Source: Eledone cirrhosa
Taxonomy: Eukaryota
Direction of reading: 5' to 3'
Assembly: GCA_964016885.1 (NCBI GenBank)
Contig: CAXHJY010001477.1
Coordinates: 1-64,000 of the forward strand
DNA: 64,000 bases
Shown one piece after another: positions 12,701 through 33,700 of the stretch. The position numbers and the translations under genes were made by a program. Every line of letters starts with the position of its first letter. Position 1 is the stretch's first letter. The notes below the pieces were generated by a model. The model ran no database searches and was not told the origin of the DNA. It worked only from the letters and a program-made list of their open reading frames with translations.

Positions 12701-15700
12701 TATATTTATATATTTTATATACATTATATACTTTATATACATATACTTTATATACATTATATACTTTATGTATATTATATACATTATATATTTTATATAC
12801 ATTATATACTTTATATATTTTATATACATTATATACTTTATATATTTTATATACATCATATAGTTTATATACATTATATACTTAATATATATGATATACT
12901 TGATATACTTTATATACATTATATACTTTATATAATTTATATACATTATATACTTTATACACTTTATGTACATTATATACTCTATATACATTATATACTT
13001 TATATACATATACTTTATATACATTATATACTTTATGTATATTATATACTTTATATAATTTATATACATTATATACTTTATATATATTATATACTTCATA
13101 TAATTTATATACATTATATACATCATATACTTTATATATATTATATACTTTATATACATTATATACTTTATATATATATAATATACTTTATATACATTAT
13201 ATACTTTATATAATTTATATACATCATATACTTTATATATATTATATACATTATATAATTTATATACTTTATATACATTATATACTTTATACACATTATA
13301 TACTCTATATGTTTTATATACATTATATACTTTATATAATTTATATACTTTATATACATTATATACTTTATATGCTTTATATACTTTATATACATTACAT
13401 ACTTAATATACTTTATATACATTATATACATTATATACTTTATATACATTATATACTTTATATACTGTATATACATTATATACTTTATATAATTTATATA
13501 CTTTATATATATTATATACTTTATATACATTATATACTTTATATACATTATATACTTTATATATATTATATACTTTATATACATTATATATTTTATATAC
13601 ATTATATAATTTATATACATTATATACTTTGTATACTTTATATACATTATATACTTTATATATATTATATACTTTATATATATTATGTAATTTATATACT
13701 TTATATACATTATATACTTTATATACATTATATACTTTATATACATCATATATATTATATACTTTATATACATTATATACTTTATATACATTATATACTT
13801 TATATATTTTATATACATTATATACTTTATATAATTTATATATTTATATACTTTATATACATTATATACTTTGTATACTTTATATACATTATATATTTTA
13901 TATACATTATATACTTTATATACATTATATACTTTATATACATTATATAATTTATATACTTTATATACATTATATACGTTATAAACATTATATACTTTAT
14001 ATACATCATATATATTATATACTTTATATACATTATATACTTTATATAATTTATATATTTTATATACTTTATATACATATACTTTATATACATTATATAC
14101 TTTATATACATTATATACTTTATATACATCATATATATTATATACTTTATATTCATTATATATTTTATATATATTATATACATTATATACTTTATATACA
14201 TTATATACTTATATACATTATATACATATACTTTATATACATTATATACTTTATATATATTATATATACTTTATTTACGTTATATACTTTATATAATTTA
14301 TATATTTTATATACTTTATATACATATACTTTATATACATTATATACTTTATAAACATTATATACTTTATATAATTTATATACTTTATATACATTATATA
14401 TTTATATATTTTATATACATTATATACTTTATATACATTATATACTTTATATACATATACTTTATATACATTATATACTTTATGTATATTATATACATTA
14501 TATATTTTATATACATTATATACTTTATATATATTATATACATTATATACATTATATACTTTATATATTTTATATACATTGTATACTTTATATATTTTAT
14601 ATACATTATATAGTTTATATACATTATATACTTAATATATATGATATACTTGATATACTTTATATACATTATATACTTTATATAATTTATATACATTATA
14701 TACTTTATACACTTTATGTACATTATATTCTCTATATACATTATATACTTTATATACATATACTTTATATACATTATATACTTTATGTATATTTTATACT
14801 TTATATAATTTATATACATTATATACTTTATATATATTATATACTTTATATAATTTATATACATTATATACATCATATACTTTATATATATTTTATACTT
14901 TATATACATTATATACTTTATATATATATAATATACTTTATATACATTATATACTTTATATAATTTATATACATGATATATTTTATATATATTATATACA
15001 TTATATAATTTATATACTTTATATACATTATATACTTTATACACATTATATACTCTATATGTTTTATATACATTATATACTTTATATAATTTATATACTT
15101 TATATACATTATATACTTTATATGCTTTATATACTTTATATACATTACATACTTAATATACTTTATATACATTATATACATTATATACTTTATATACATT
15201 ATATACTTTATATACTGTATATACATTATATGCTTTATATAATTTATATACTTTATATATATTATATACTTTATATACATTATATGCATTATATACTTTA
15301 TATACATTATATACTTTATATATATTATATACTTTATATACATTATATATTTTATATACATTATATAATTTATATACATTATATACTTTGTATACTTTAT
15401 ATACATTATATACTTTATATATATTATATACTTTATATATATTATGTAATTTATATACTTTATATACATTATATACATTATATACTTTATATACATTATA
15501 TACTTTATATACATCATATATATTATATACTTTATATACATTATATACTTTATATACATTATATACTTTATATATTTTATATACATTATATACTTTATAT
15601 AATTTATATATTTATATACTTTATATACATTATATACTTTGTATACTTTATATACATTATATATTTTATATACATTATATACTTTATATACATTATATAC

Positions 15701-18700
15701 TTTATATACATTATATAATTTATATACTTTATATACATTATATACGTTATAAACATTATATACTTTATATACATCATATATATTATATACTTTATATACA
15801 TTATATACTTTATATACATTATATACTTTATATAATTTATATATTTTATATACATATACTTTATATACATTATATACTTTATATACATTATATACTTTAT
15901 ATACATTATATACTTTATATACATCATATATATTATATACTTTATATTCATTATATATTTTATATATATTATATACATTATATACTTTATATACATTATA
16001 TACTTATATACATTATATACATATACTTTATATACATTATATACTTTATATATATTATATACTTTATATACTTTATATACATTATATACTTTATATATAT
16101 TATATACTTCATATACATTATATACTGTATATAATTTATATTCTTTATATACATTATATACATTATATACTTTATATATATTATATACTTTATATACATT
16201 ATATACTTTATATAATTTATCTACTTTATATACATTATATACTTTATATATTTTATATACATATACTTTATATACATTATATACTTTATATATATTATAT
16301 ACATTATATATTTTATATACTTTATATATATCATATACTTTATATACATTATATACATTATATATTTTATATACATTATATACTTTATATACATTTTATT
16401 TTTATGTACATTATATACTTTATATACATTATATACTTTATATATATGATATACTTTATATACATTATATACTTTATACACTTTATATACATTATATACT
16501 TTATATATATTATATACTTTATATATATATACTTTATATACATATACTTTATATACATTATATACGTTATATATATTAAATACTTTATATACTTTATATA
16601 TATTAAATACTTTATATAATTCATATACATTATATACTGTATATACATTATATAATTTATATACATTATATATTATATACATTATATACTTTATATATAT
16701 ATAATATACTTTATATACATTATATAATTTATATACTTTATATACTTTATATATATTATATACTTTATATACATTATATACTTTATATAATTTATATACA
16801 TTATATACTTTATATACATTATATAGTTTATATAGTTTATATACATTAGATACTTTATATACATTATATACTTCATATACATTATATACTTTATATATTT
16901 TATATACATTATATAATTATATACTTTACATATTTTATATACTTTATTTACGTTATATACTTTATATAATTTATATATTTTATATACTTTATATACATAT
17001 ACTTTATATACTTTATAAACATTATATACTTTATATAATTTATATACTTTATATACATTATATATTTATATATTTTATATACATTATATACTTTATATAC
17101 ATTATATACTTTATATATATTATATACATTATATATTTTATATACATTATATACTTTATATATATTATATACATTATATACATTATATACTTTATATATT
17201 TTATATATATTATATACTTTATATATTTTATATACATTATATACTTTATATACATTATATTCTTAATATATATGATATACTTGATATACTTTATATACAT
17301 TATATACTTTATATAATTTATATACATTTTATACTTTATACACTTTATGTACATTATATACTCTATATACATTATAAACATATACTTTATATACATTATA
17401 TACTTTATATATATTATATACTTTATATAATTTATATACATTATATACATCATATACTTTATATATATTATATACTTTATATACATTATATACTTTATAT
17501 ATATATAATATACTTTATAAACATTATATACTTTATATAACTTATATACATCATATACTTTATATACATTATATAATTTATATACTTTATATACATTATA
17601 TACTTTATATACATTATATACTTTATATACATTATATACTTTATATACATTATATACTCTATATGTTTTATATACATTATATACTTTATATACATTATAT
17701 ACTTTATATAATTTATATGCTTTATATACTTTATATACATTACATATTTTATATACTTTATATACATTATATACTCTATATGTTTTATATACATTATATA
17801 CTTTATATAATTTATATACTTTATATACATTATATACTTTATATACATTATATACATTATATACTTCATATATATTATATACTTTATATACATTATATAC
17901 TTTATATACATTATATACTTTATATATATTATATACTTTATATACATTATATGCTTTATATACATTATATACTTTATATACATTATATACTTTATATATA
18001 TTATATTTTTTATATACATTATATACTTTATATAATTTATATACTTTATATGATTTCTATACTTTATATACATTATATATTTTATATACATTATATACTT
18101 TATATATATTATATCCTTTATATACTTTATATACATTATATACTTTATATATATTATATACTTTATATACATTATATACTTTATATATATTATATACTTT
18201 ATATACATTATATACTTTATATATTTTATAAACATTATATACTTTATATAATTTATATACTTTATATACATTATATAATTCATATATATTATATACTTTT
18301 TATATTTTATATACTTTATATACATTACATACTTTATATACATTATATATATTATATACTTTATATACATTCTATACTTTATAGACTTTATATACATTAT
18401 ATATATTATAATTTATATATATTATATACTTTATATACATTATATACTTTATATACATTATATACTTTATATATATTATATAATTTATATACATTATATA
18501 CATATACTTTATATACATTATATACTTTATATATTTTATATACATTATATACTTTATATACATATACTTTATATACATTCTATACTTTATATATATTATA
18601 TACTTTATATAATTTATATACATTACATACTTTATATATATTATATACTTCATATATATTATATACTTATATACATTAGATATATTATATAATTTATATA

Positions 18701-21700
18701 CATTATATACTTTATATAATTTATATATATTATATACTTTATATACATTATATACTTTATATATTTCATATACATTATATACTTTATATACATTATATAC
18801 ATATACATTATATACTTTATATATATTATATACTTTATATACATTATATATTTTATATACATTATATACTTTATATACATTATATACTTTATATATATTA
18901 TGTAATTTATATACATTATATACTTTATATACATTATATACTTTATATATATTATATACTTTATATACATTATATAATTTATATACTGTATATAATTTAT
19001 ATACATTATATACATTATATACTTTATATACAGTATATACTTTATATAAATTATATACTTTATATACATTATATACTTTATATACATTATATACTTTATA
19101 TACATATACTTTATATATATTATATACTTTATATACATTATATACTTTATATACATTATATACGTAATATATATGATATACTTGATATACTTTATATACA
19201 TTATATACTTTATATAATTTATATACATTTTATACTTTATACACTTTATGTACATTATATACTCGATATACATTATATACATATACTTTATATACATTAT
19301 ATACTTTATATATATTATATACTCTATATAATTTATATACATTATATACTTTATATATATTATATACTTCATATAATTTATATACATTATATACATCATA
19401 TACTTTATATATATTATATAGTTTATATACATTATATACTTTATATATATATAATATACTTTATATACATTATATACTTTATATAATTTATATACAACAT
19501 ATACTTTATATATATTATATACATTATATAATTTATATACTTTATATACATTATATACTTTATATACATTATATACTTTATATACATTATATACTCTATA
19601 TGTTTTATATACATTATATACTTTATATACATTATATACTTTATATAATTTATATGCTTTATATACTTTATATACATTACATATTTTATATACTTTATAT
19701 ACATTATATACTCTATATGTGTTATATACGTTATATAATTTATATACTTTATATACATTATATACTTTATATACATTATATACATTATATACTTCATATA
19801 TATTATATACTTTATATACATTATACACTTTATATACATCATATATACTTTATATATATTATATACATTATATACTTTATATATTTTATATACATTATAT
19901 ACTTTATATAATTTATATACTTTATATACATTATATACTTTATATATATTATATACTTTATATATGTAATATACTTTATATACATTATATAATTTATATA
20001 CTTTATATACATTATATACTTTATATACATTATATACTTTATATACATCATATACATTATATACTTTATATACATTATATGCTTTATATACATTATATAC
20101 TTTATATACATTATATACTTTATATATATTATATTTTTTATATACATTATATACTTTATATAATTTATATACTTTATATGATTTCTATACTTTATATACA
20201 TTATATATTTTATATACATTATATACTTTATATATATTATATCCTTTATATACATTATATACTTTATATATATTATATACTTTATATACATTATATACTT
20301 TATATATATTATATACTTTATATACATTATATACTTAATATATTTTATAAACATTATATACTTTATATAATTTATATACTTTATATACATTATATACTTT
20401 ATATACATTATATACTTCATATATATTATATACTTTTTATATTTTATATACATTATATACTTTATATACATTACATACTTTATATACATTATATACATTA
20501 TATATATTATATACTTTATATACATTATATACTTTATATACATTCTATACTTTATAGACTTTATATACATTATATACTTTATATATATTATAATTTATAT
20601 ATATTATATACTTTATATACATTATATACTTTATATACATTATATACTTTATATATATTATATAATTTATATACATTATATACATATACTTTATATACAT
20701 TATATACTTTATATATTTTATATACATTATATACTTTATATACATTGTATACTTTATATACATATACTTTATATACATTCTATACTTTATATATATTATA
20801 TACTTTATATAATTTATATACATTATATACATTACATACTTTATATATATTATATACTTTATATATATTATATACTTATATACATTATATATATTATATA
20901 ATTTATATACTTTATATAATTTATATATATTATATACTTTATATACATTATATACTTTATATATTTCATATACATTATATACTTTATATACATTATATAC
21001 ATATACATTATATACTTTATATATATTATATACTTTATATACATTATATATTTTATATACATTATATACTTTATATACATTATATACTTTATATATATTA
21101 TGTAATTTATATACATTATATACTTTATATATATTATATACTTTATATACATTATATAATTTATATACTGTATATAATTTATATACATTATATACATTAT
21201 ATACTTTATATACATTATATACTTTATATACATTATATACTTTATATACATATACTTTATATATATTATATACTTTATATACATTATATACTTTATATAC
21301 ATTATATACTTTATATACATTATATATATATAATATACTTTATATACATTATATACTTTATATATTTTATATACATTATATACTTTATATAATATATATA
21401 CATTATATACTTTGTATATATTATATACTTTATATATATTATATACTTTATATACATTATATACTTTATATAATTTATATACATTATATACTTTACATAC
21501 ATTATATACATTATATACTTTATAAACATTATATACATTCTATACTTTATATATATTATATACTTTATATACATTATATACATTATATACTTTATATACA
21601 TTATATACTTTATTTATATTATATAATTTATATACATTATATACTTTATATACATTATATACTTTATATATATATTATACTTTATATACATTATATACTT

Positions 21701-24700
21701 TATATATTTCATATACATTACATACTTTATATACATTGTATACTTTATATACATTATATACATATACATTATATACTTCATATACATTATATACTTTATA
21801 TATATTATATACTTTATATACATTACATATACTATATACTTCATATACATTATATACGTTTTATACTTTATATATTTTATAAACATTATATACTTTATAT
21901 AATTTATATACGTTATATACATTATATACTTTATATACATTATATACTTTATATATATTGTATACTTTATATACATTATATACTTTATATATATTATATA
22001 CTTTATATACATTATATACTTTATATACATTATATACTTTATATATATTATATTTTTTATATACATTATATACTTTATATGATTTCTATACTTTCTATAC
22101 ATTATATACTTTATATATATTATATACTTTATATACATCATATCCTTTATATATATTATATACTTTATATACATTATACACTTTATATACATTATATACT
22201 TTATATACAGTATATACTTAATATACTTTACATACATTATATACTTTATGTACATTATATACTTTATATACATTATATACTTTATATATATTATATACTT
22301 TATATACATTATATACTTTATATATATTAAATACTTTATATACATTATATATTTTATATACTTTATATACATTATATACTTCATATATATTATATACATA
22401 ATATATTTTATATATATTATATACTTTATATACATTATATACTTTATATACATTATATACTTTATATACATTATATACATTATATATACTATATACTTTA
22501 TATACTTTATATATATTATATACTTTATATACATTATATACTTTATATATTTTATAAACATTATATACTTTATATAATTTATATACTTTATATACGTTAT
22601 ATACTTTATATACATTATATACTTTATATATATTATATACTTTATATACATTATATACTTTATATACATTATATACTTTATGTATATTATATTTTTTATA
22701 TACATTATATACTTTATATAATTTATATACTTTATATGATTTCTATATTTTATATACATTATATACTTTACATACATTATATACTTTATATATATTATAT
22801 ACTTTTTATACATTATATACTTTATATAATTTATATACATTATATACTTTATATACATTATATACTTTATATACATTATATAGATTACATACTTTATATA
22901 TATTATATACTTTATATACATTATATTCATCATATACTTAATATACATTATATACTTTCTATATATGATATACTTTATATACATTATCTACTTTATATAC
23001 ATTATATACTTTATATACATTATATATATTATATACTTTATATACATTATATACTTTATATATATTATATACTTTATATATATTATATACTTTATATACA
23101 TTATATACTTTATATATATTATATACTTTATATGTATCATATACTTTATATACATTATATACTTTATATACATTATATAATTTATATATTTTATATACAT
23201 TATATACTTTATATACATTATATACTTTATATACATTATATACTTTATATACATTATATACTTTACATATATATTATATACTTTATATACATTATATACT
23301 GTATATACATTATATACTTTATATACATTATATACATATAATTTATATATATATTATATACTTTATATACATTATATACATCATATACTTTATATACATT
23401 ATATACTTTTTATATATGATATACTTTATATACATTATATACTTTATATACATTATATACTTTATATACATTATATACTTTATATACATTATATATATTA
23501 TATACATTATATAATTTATATATATTATATACTTTATATATATTATATACTTTATATACATTATATACTTTATATATATTATATACTTTATATGTATTAT
23601 ATACTTTATATACATTATATACTTTATATACATTATATACTTTATATACATTATATACTTTATATCTATTATATACTTTATATACATTATATACATTATA
23701 TACTTTATATATTTTATATACATTATATACATTATATACTTTATATACATTATATACTTTATATATTTATATACATTATATACTTTAGATATTTTAAATA
23801 CATTATATACTTTATATACATTATATACATGTAATTTATATACATTATATAATTTATATATATTATATACTTTATATACATTTTATAAATTATATACTTT
23901 ATATATATTATATACTTTAGATACTTTATATACATTATATACTTCATATATATTATATACGTTATATACATTATATACTTTATATATATTATATACTTTA
24001 TATACATTTTATACTTTATATACATTATATATATTATATAGTATATATACTTTATATACATTATATATTTTATATACATTATATAATTTATATATATTAT
24101 ATACTTTATATACATTATATACTTTATATATTATATACTTTATATACGTTATATACTTTATATACATTATATACTTTATATACATTATATACATTATATA
24201 TATATAATATACTTTATATACATTATATACTTTATATATTTTATATACATTATATACTTTATATACATTATATACTTTGTATATATTATATACTTTATAT
24301 ATATTATATACTTTATATACATTATATAATTTATATACATTATATACTTTATATACATTATATAAATTATATACTTTATAAACATTATATACATTCTATA
24401 CTTTATATATATTATATACTTTATATACATTATATACTTTATATACATTACATAATTTATATATATTATATAGTTTATATACATTATATACTTTATTTAT
24501 ATTATATAATTTATATATATTATATACTTTATATACATTATATACTTTATATATATTATATACTTTATATACATTATATACTTTATATATTTCATATACA
24601 TTACATACTTTATATACATTGTATACTTTATATACATTATATACATATACATTATATACTTTATATATATTATATACTTTATATACATTATATATACATT

Positions 24701-27700
24701 ATATACATTATATACTTTATATATATTATGTAATTTATATACATTATATACTTTATATATATTATATACTTTATATACATTATATACATATACATTATAT
24801 ACTTTATATATATTATATACTTTATATACATTATATATACATTATATACTTTATATATTTTATAAACATTATATACTTTATATATATTATATAATTTATG
24901 TACATTATATACTTTATATATTTTATATACATATACTTTATATACATTATATACTTCATATGTTTTATATAATTTATATACTTTATATACATTATATACT
25001 TTATATACATTATATGCTTTATATATATTATATACTTTATATACATTATACACTTTATATACATTATATACTTTATATACATATACGTTATATACATTAT
25101 ATACTTTATATATATTATATACTTTATATACATTATATAATTTATATACATTATATACATTATATACTTTATATCCATTGTATACTTTATATATATATAA
25201 TATATTTTATATACATTATATAATTTATATAATTTATATACATTATATACATTATATACTTTATATATATTATATACATTATATACTTTATATATTTTAT
25301 ATACATTATATAATTTATATACATTATATAATTTATATACTTTATATACATTATATACTTTATATACATTATATACTTTATATATATTATATACTTTATA
25401 TACATTATATACTTTATATACATTATATACTTTATACACATTATATACTTTATATACATTATATACTTTATATACATTATATACTTTATATACATTATAT
25501 ACTTTATATATATTATATACTTTATATACATTATATACCTTATATACATTATATACTTTATATGTATATAATATACTTTATATACATTATATACTTTATA
25601 TACATTATATACTTTATATATTTTATATACATTATATACTTTATATTTATTATATACTTTATATACATTATATACATTATATACTTTATATATTTTATAT
25701 ACATTATATACATTATATACTTTATATACATTATATACTTTATATATTTATATACATTATATACTTTAGATATTTTAAATACATTATATACTTTATATAC
25801 ATTATATACATGTAATTTATATACATTATATAATTTATATATATTATATACTTTATATACATTTTATAAATTATATACTTTATATATATTATATACTTTA
25901 GATACTTTATATACATTATATACTTTATATATATTATATACTTTATATACATTATATACTTTATATATATTATATACTTTATATATATTTTATACTTTAT
26001 ATACATTATATATATTATATAGTATATATACATTATATATTTTATATACATTATATAATTTATATATATTATATACTTTATATACATTATATACATTATA
26101 TACTTTATATATGATATACTTTATATACTTTATATACATTATATACTTTATATACATTATATACATTATATATATATATAATATACTTTATATACATTAT
26201 ATACTTTATATACAGTATATACTTAATATACTTTACATACATTATATACTTTATATATATTATATACTTTATGTACATTATATACTTTATATACATTACA
26301 TTATATACATTATATATTTTATATACTTTATATACATTATATACTTTATATACATTATATACTTTATATATTTTATATATTTATATACATTATATACTTT
26401 ATATACATTATATACATGTAATTTATATACATTATATAATTTATATATATTATATACTTTATATACATTTTATAAATTATATACTTTATATATATTATAT
26501 ACTTTACATACATTATATACTTTATATATATTATATACTTTATATTCATTATATACTTTATATATATATATAATATACTTTATATACAATATATACTTTA
26601 TATACATTATATACTTTATATACATTATATACTTTATATATATTATATACTTTATATACATTATATAATTTATATACTTTATATACATTATATACTTTAT
26701 GTATATTATATACATTATATACTTTATAAACATTATATACATTCTATACTTTATATATATTCTATACTTTATATACATTATATACTTTATATATATTATA
26801 TACTTTATATACATTTTATACTTTATATACATTATATATATTATATAGTATATATATATTATATATTTTATATACATTATATAATTTATATATATTATAT
26901 ACTTTATATACATTATATACTTTATATATTCTATACTTTATATACGTTATATACTTTATATACATTACATACTTTATATATATTATATACTTTATATACA
27001 TTATATACTTTATATATATTATATAATTTATATACATTATATACATTATATACTTTATATACATTATATACTTTATATATATTATATACTTTAGATATTT
27101 TAAATATATTATATACTTTATATTCTTTAAATACGTTATATACATATACATTATATACATTATATACTTTATATACATTATATACTTTATATACATTATA
27201 TACTTTATATATATTATATACTTTATATATTTTATATACATTATATACTTTATATAATTTATACACTTTATATACATTAAATACTTTATATACATTATAT
27301 ACTTTATATATATTATATAATTTATATACATTATATACTTTATATACATATACATATACTTTATATAAATTATATACTTTTGTATATTTTATATACATTA
27401 TATACTTTATATAAATTATATACATATATTTTATATATATTATATACTTTATATATATTATATACTTTATATACATTATATATTTTATATACATTATATA
27501 ATTAATATATATTATATATTTTATATACATTATATACTTTATATATTTTATAAACATTATATACTTTATATACTTTATATACATTATATACTTTATATAC
27601 ATTATATACTTTATATAATTTATATACTTTATATGATTTCTATACTTTATATACATTATATACTTTATATATATTATTTCCTTTATATACATTATATACA

Positions 27701-30700
27701 TTATATACTTTATATATATTATATGCATTATATACTTTATATATATTATATACTTTATATACATTATATACTTTATATATTTTATAAACATTATATACCT
27801 TATATAATTTATATACTTTATATACATTATATACTTCATATATATTATATACTTTTTATATTTTATATATATTATATACTTTATATACATTACATACTTT
27901 ATATACATTATATACTTTATATACATTATATATATTATATACTTTATATACATTATATACTTTATATACATTCTATACTTTATATACATTATATACTTTA
28001 TATATATTATAATTTATATATATTATATACTTTATATACATTATATACTTTATATACATTATATACGTTATATATATTATATAATTTATATACATTATAT
28101 ACATATACTTTATATACATTATATACTTTATATATATTATATAATTTATGTACATTATATACTTTATATATTTTATATACATTATAAACTTTATATACAT
28201 ATACTTTATATACATTATATACTTTATATGTTTTATATAATTTATATACTTTATATACATTATATACTTTATATATATTATATACTTTATATACATTATA
28301 TACTTTATATATATTATATACTTTATATACATTATACACTTTATATACATTATATACTTTATATACATATACGTTATATACATTATATACTTTATATATA
28401 TTATATACTTTATATACATTATATAATTTATATACATTATATATTTTATATACATTATATACTTTATATCCATTGTTACTTTATATATATATAATTTATT
28501 TTATATACATTATATAATTTATATACTTTACATACATATACTTTATATACATTATATACTTTATATATATTATATACTTTATATATTTTATATACATTAT
28601 ATTATTTATATACATTATATACTTTATATACATTATATACTTTATATACATTATATACTTTATATATATTATATACTTTATATACATTATATACTTTATA
28701 TACATTATATACTTTATATACATTATATACTTTATATACATTATATACTTTATATATATATAATATACTTTATATACATTATATATTTTATATACATAAT
28801 ATACTTTATATAATTTATATACATTATATACATTATATACTTTATATATATTATATACATTATATACTTTATAAACATTATATACATTCTATACTTTATA
28901 TATATTATATACTTTATATACATTATATACTTTATATACATTATATAGATTACATACTTTATATATATTATATACTTTATATACATTATATACATCATAT
29001 ACTTTATATACATTATATACTTTTTATATATGATATACTTTATATACATTACATACTTTATATACATTATATACATTATATACTTTATATACATTATATA
29101 CTTTATATACATTATATATATTATATACTTTATATACATTATATACTTTATATATATTATATACTTTATATATATTATATACTTTATATACATTATATAC
29201 TTTATATATATTATATAATTTATATGTATTATATACATTATATACTTTATATACATAATATACTTTATATATTTTATATACATTATATACTTTATATACA
29301 TTATATACTTTATATATATATTATATACTTTATATACATTATATACTGTATATACATTATATACTTCATATACATTATATACATATACTTTATATATATT
29401 ATATACTTTATATACATTATATACATCATATACTTTATATACATTATATACTTTTTATATATGATATACATTATATACTTTATATACATTATATACTTTA
29501 TATCCATTATATACTTTATATATATTATATACTTTATATACATTATATACTTTATATATATTATATACTTTATATGTATTATATACTTTATATACATTAT
29601 ATACTTTATATACATTATATACTTTATATACATTATATACATTATATACTTTATATACATTATATACTTTATATACATTATATACTTTATATATATTATA
29701 TATTTATATACATTATATACTTTAGATATTTTAAATACATTATATACATTATATACATGTAATTTATATACATTATATAATTTATATATATTATATACTT
29801 TATATACATATTATACATTATATACTTTATATATATTATATACTTTATATACATTATATACTTTATATATATTATATACTTTATATACTTTATATACATT
29901 ATATATATTATATACTATATATACTTTATATACATTATATATTTTATATACATTATATAATTTATATATATTATATACTTTATATATTATATACTTTATA
30001 TACGTTATATACTTTATATACATTATATACTTTATATACATTATATACTTTATATATATTATATACTTTATATACATTATATACTTTATATATTTTATAT
30101 ACATTATACACTTTATATAATTTATACACTTTATATACATTATAGACTTTATATAAATTATATACTTTATATATATTATATAATTTATATACATTATATA
30201 CTTTAAATACATTATATACTTCATATACATTATATACTTTATATATTTTATATACATTATATAATTTATATACTTTATATACATTATATACATTATATAC
30301 TTTATATACATTATATACTTTATATACATTATATACTTTATATATATTATATACTTTATATACATTATATACTTTATACACTTTATATACATTATATACT
30401 TTATATACATTATATACTTTATATACATTATATACTTTATATACATTATATACTTTATATACATATACTTTATATACATTATATACTTTATATATATTAT
30501 ATACATTATATACATTATATACTTTATATTCATTATATACTTTATATATATATATAATATACTTTATATACATTATATTCTTTATATATATTATATACTT
30601 TATATACATTATATAATTTATATACTTTATATACATTATATACTTTATAAACATTATATACATTCTATACTTTATATATATATATACTTTATATACATTA

Positions 30701-33700
30701 TATACTTTATATACATTGTATACTTTATATACTTTATATATATTATATACTTTATATATATTATATAATTTATATACATTATATACTTTATATACATTAC
30801 ATACTTTATATATATTATGTACTTTATATACATTATATACTTTATATACATTATATATATTATATACTTTATATACATTATATACTTTATATACTGTATA
30901 TAATTTATATACTTTATATACATTATATACTTTATATACAGTATATACTTAATATACTTTACATACATTATATACTTTATATATATTATATGCTTTATGT
31001 ACATTATATACTTTATATACATTACATTATAGAAATTATATATTTTATATACTTTATATACATTATATACTTTATATACATTATATACTTTATATATTTT
31101 ATATATTTATATACATTATATACTTTAGATATTTTAAATACATTATTTACTTTATATACATTATATACATGTAATTTATATACATTATATAATTTATATA
31201 TATTATATACTTTATATACATTTTATAAATTATATACTTTATATATATTATATACTTTACATACATTATATACTTTATATATATTATATACTTTATATAC
31301 ATTATATACTTTATATATATTATATACTTTATATACATTTTATACTTTATATACATTATATATATTATATAGTATATATACTTTATATACATTATATATT
31401 TTATATACATTATATAATTTATATATATTATATACTTTATATACATTATATACTTCATATATTATATACGTTATATACTTTATATACATTATATACTTTA
31501 TATACATTATATACTTTATATATATTATATACTTTATATACATTATATACTTTATATATTTTATATACATTATACACTTTATATAATTTATACACTTTAT
31601 ATACATTATATACTTTATATAAATTATATACTTTATATATATTATATAATTTATATACATTATATACTTTATATACATTATATACTTTATATATTTTATA
31701 TACATTATATAATTTATATACTTTATATACTTTATATACATTATATACTTTATATACATTATATACTTCATATACATTATATACTTTATATACATTATAT
31801 ACTTTATATACATTATATACTTTATATATATTATATACTTTAAATACATTATATACTTTAAATACATTATATACTTTATGTACATTATATACTTTATACA
31901 CTTTATATACATTATATACTTTATATACATTATATACTTTATATACATTATATACTTTATATACATTATATACTTTATATACATTATATACTTTATATTC
32001 ATTATATACTTTATATATATATATAATATACTTTATATACATTATATACTTTATATACATTATATACTTTATATATATTATATACTTTATATACATTATA
32101 TAATTTATATACATTATATACTTTATGTATATTATATACATTATATACTTTATAAACATTATATACATTCTATACTTTATATATATTCTATACTTTATAT
32201 ACATTACATACTTCATATACATTACATACTTTATCTATATTATATACTTTATATACATTATATACTTTATATATATTATATAATTTATATACATTATATA
32301 CATTATATACTTTATAGACATTATATACTTTATATATATTATATACTTTAGATATTTTAAATATATTATATACTTTATATTCTTTAAATACATTATATAC
32401 ATATACATTATATACATTATATATATTATATACTTTATATACATTATATACTTTATATACATTATATACTTTATATATATTATATACTTTATATATTTTA
32501 TATACATTATATACTTTATATAATTTATACACTTTATATACATTAAATACTTTATATACATTATATACTTTATATATATTATATAATTTATATACATTAT
32601 ATACTTTATATACATATACATATACTTTATATAAATTATATACTTTTGTATATTTTATATAAATTATATACTTTATATAAATTATATACATATATTTTAT
32701 ATATATTATATACTTTATATATATTATATACTTTATATACATTATATATTTTATATACATTATATAATTAATATATATTATATATTTTATATACATTATA
32801 TACTTTATATATTTTATAAACATTATATACTTTATATAATTTATATACTTTATATACATTATATACTTTATATACATTATATACTTTATATAATTTATAT
32901 ACTTTATATGATTTCTATACTTTATATACATTATATACTTTATATATATTATTTCCTTTATATACATTATATACATTATATACATTATATACTTTATATA
33001 TATTATATGCATTATATACTTTATATATATTATATACTTTATATACATTATATACTTTATATATTTTATAAACATTATATACCTTATATAATTTATATAC
33101 TTTATATACATTATATACTTCATATATATTATATACTTTTTATATTTTATATATATTATATACTTTATATACATTACATACTTTATATACATTATATACT
33201 TTATATACATTATATATATTATATACTATATATACATTATATACTTTATATACATTCTATACTTTATATACATTATATACTTTATATATATTATAATTTA
33301 TATATATTATATACTTTATATACATTATATACTTTATATACATTATATACGCTATATATATTATATAATTTATAATCATTATATACATATACTTTATATA
33401 CATTATATACTTTATATATATTATATAATTTATGTACATTATATACTTTATATATTTTATATACATTATAAACTTTATATACATATACTTTATATACATT
33501 ATATACTTTATATGTTTTATATAATTTATATACTTTATATACATTATATACTTTATATATATTATATACTTTATATACATTATATACTTTATATATATTA
33601 TATACTTTATATACATTATACACTTTATATACATTATATACTTTATATACATATACGTTATATACATTATATACTTTATATATATTATATACTTTATATA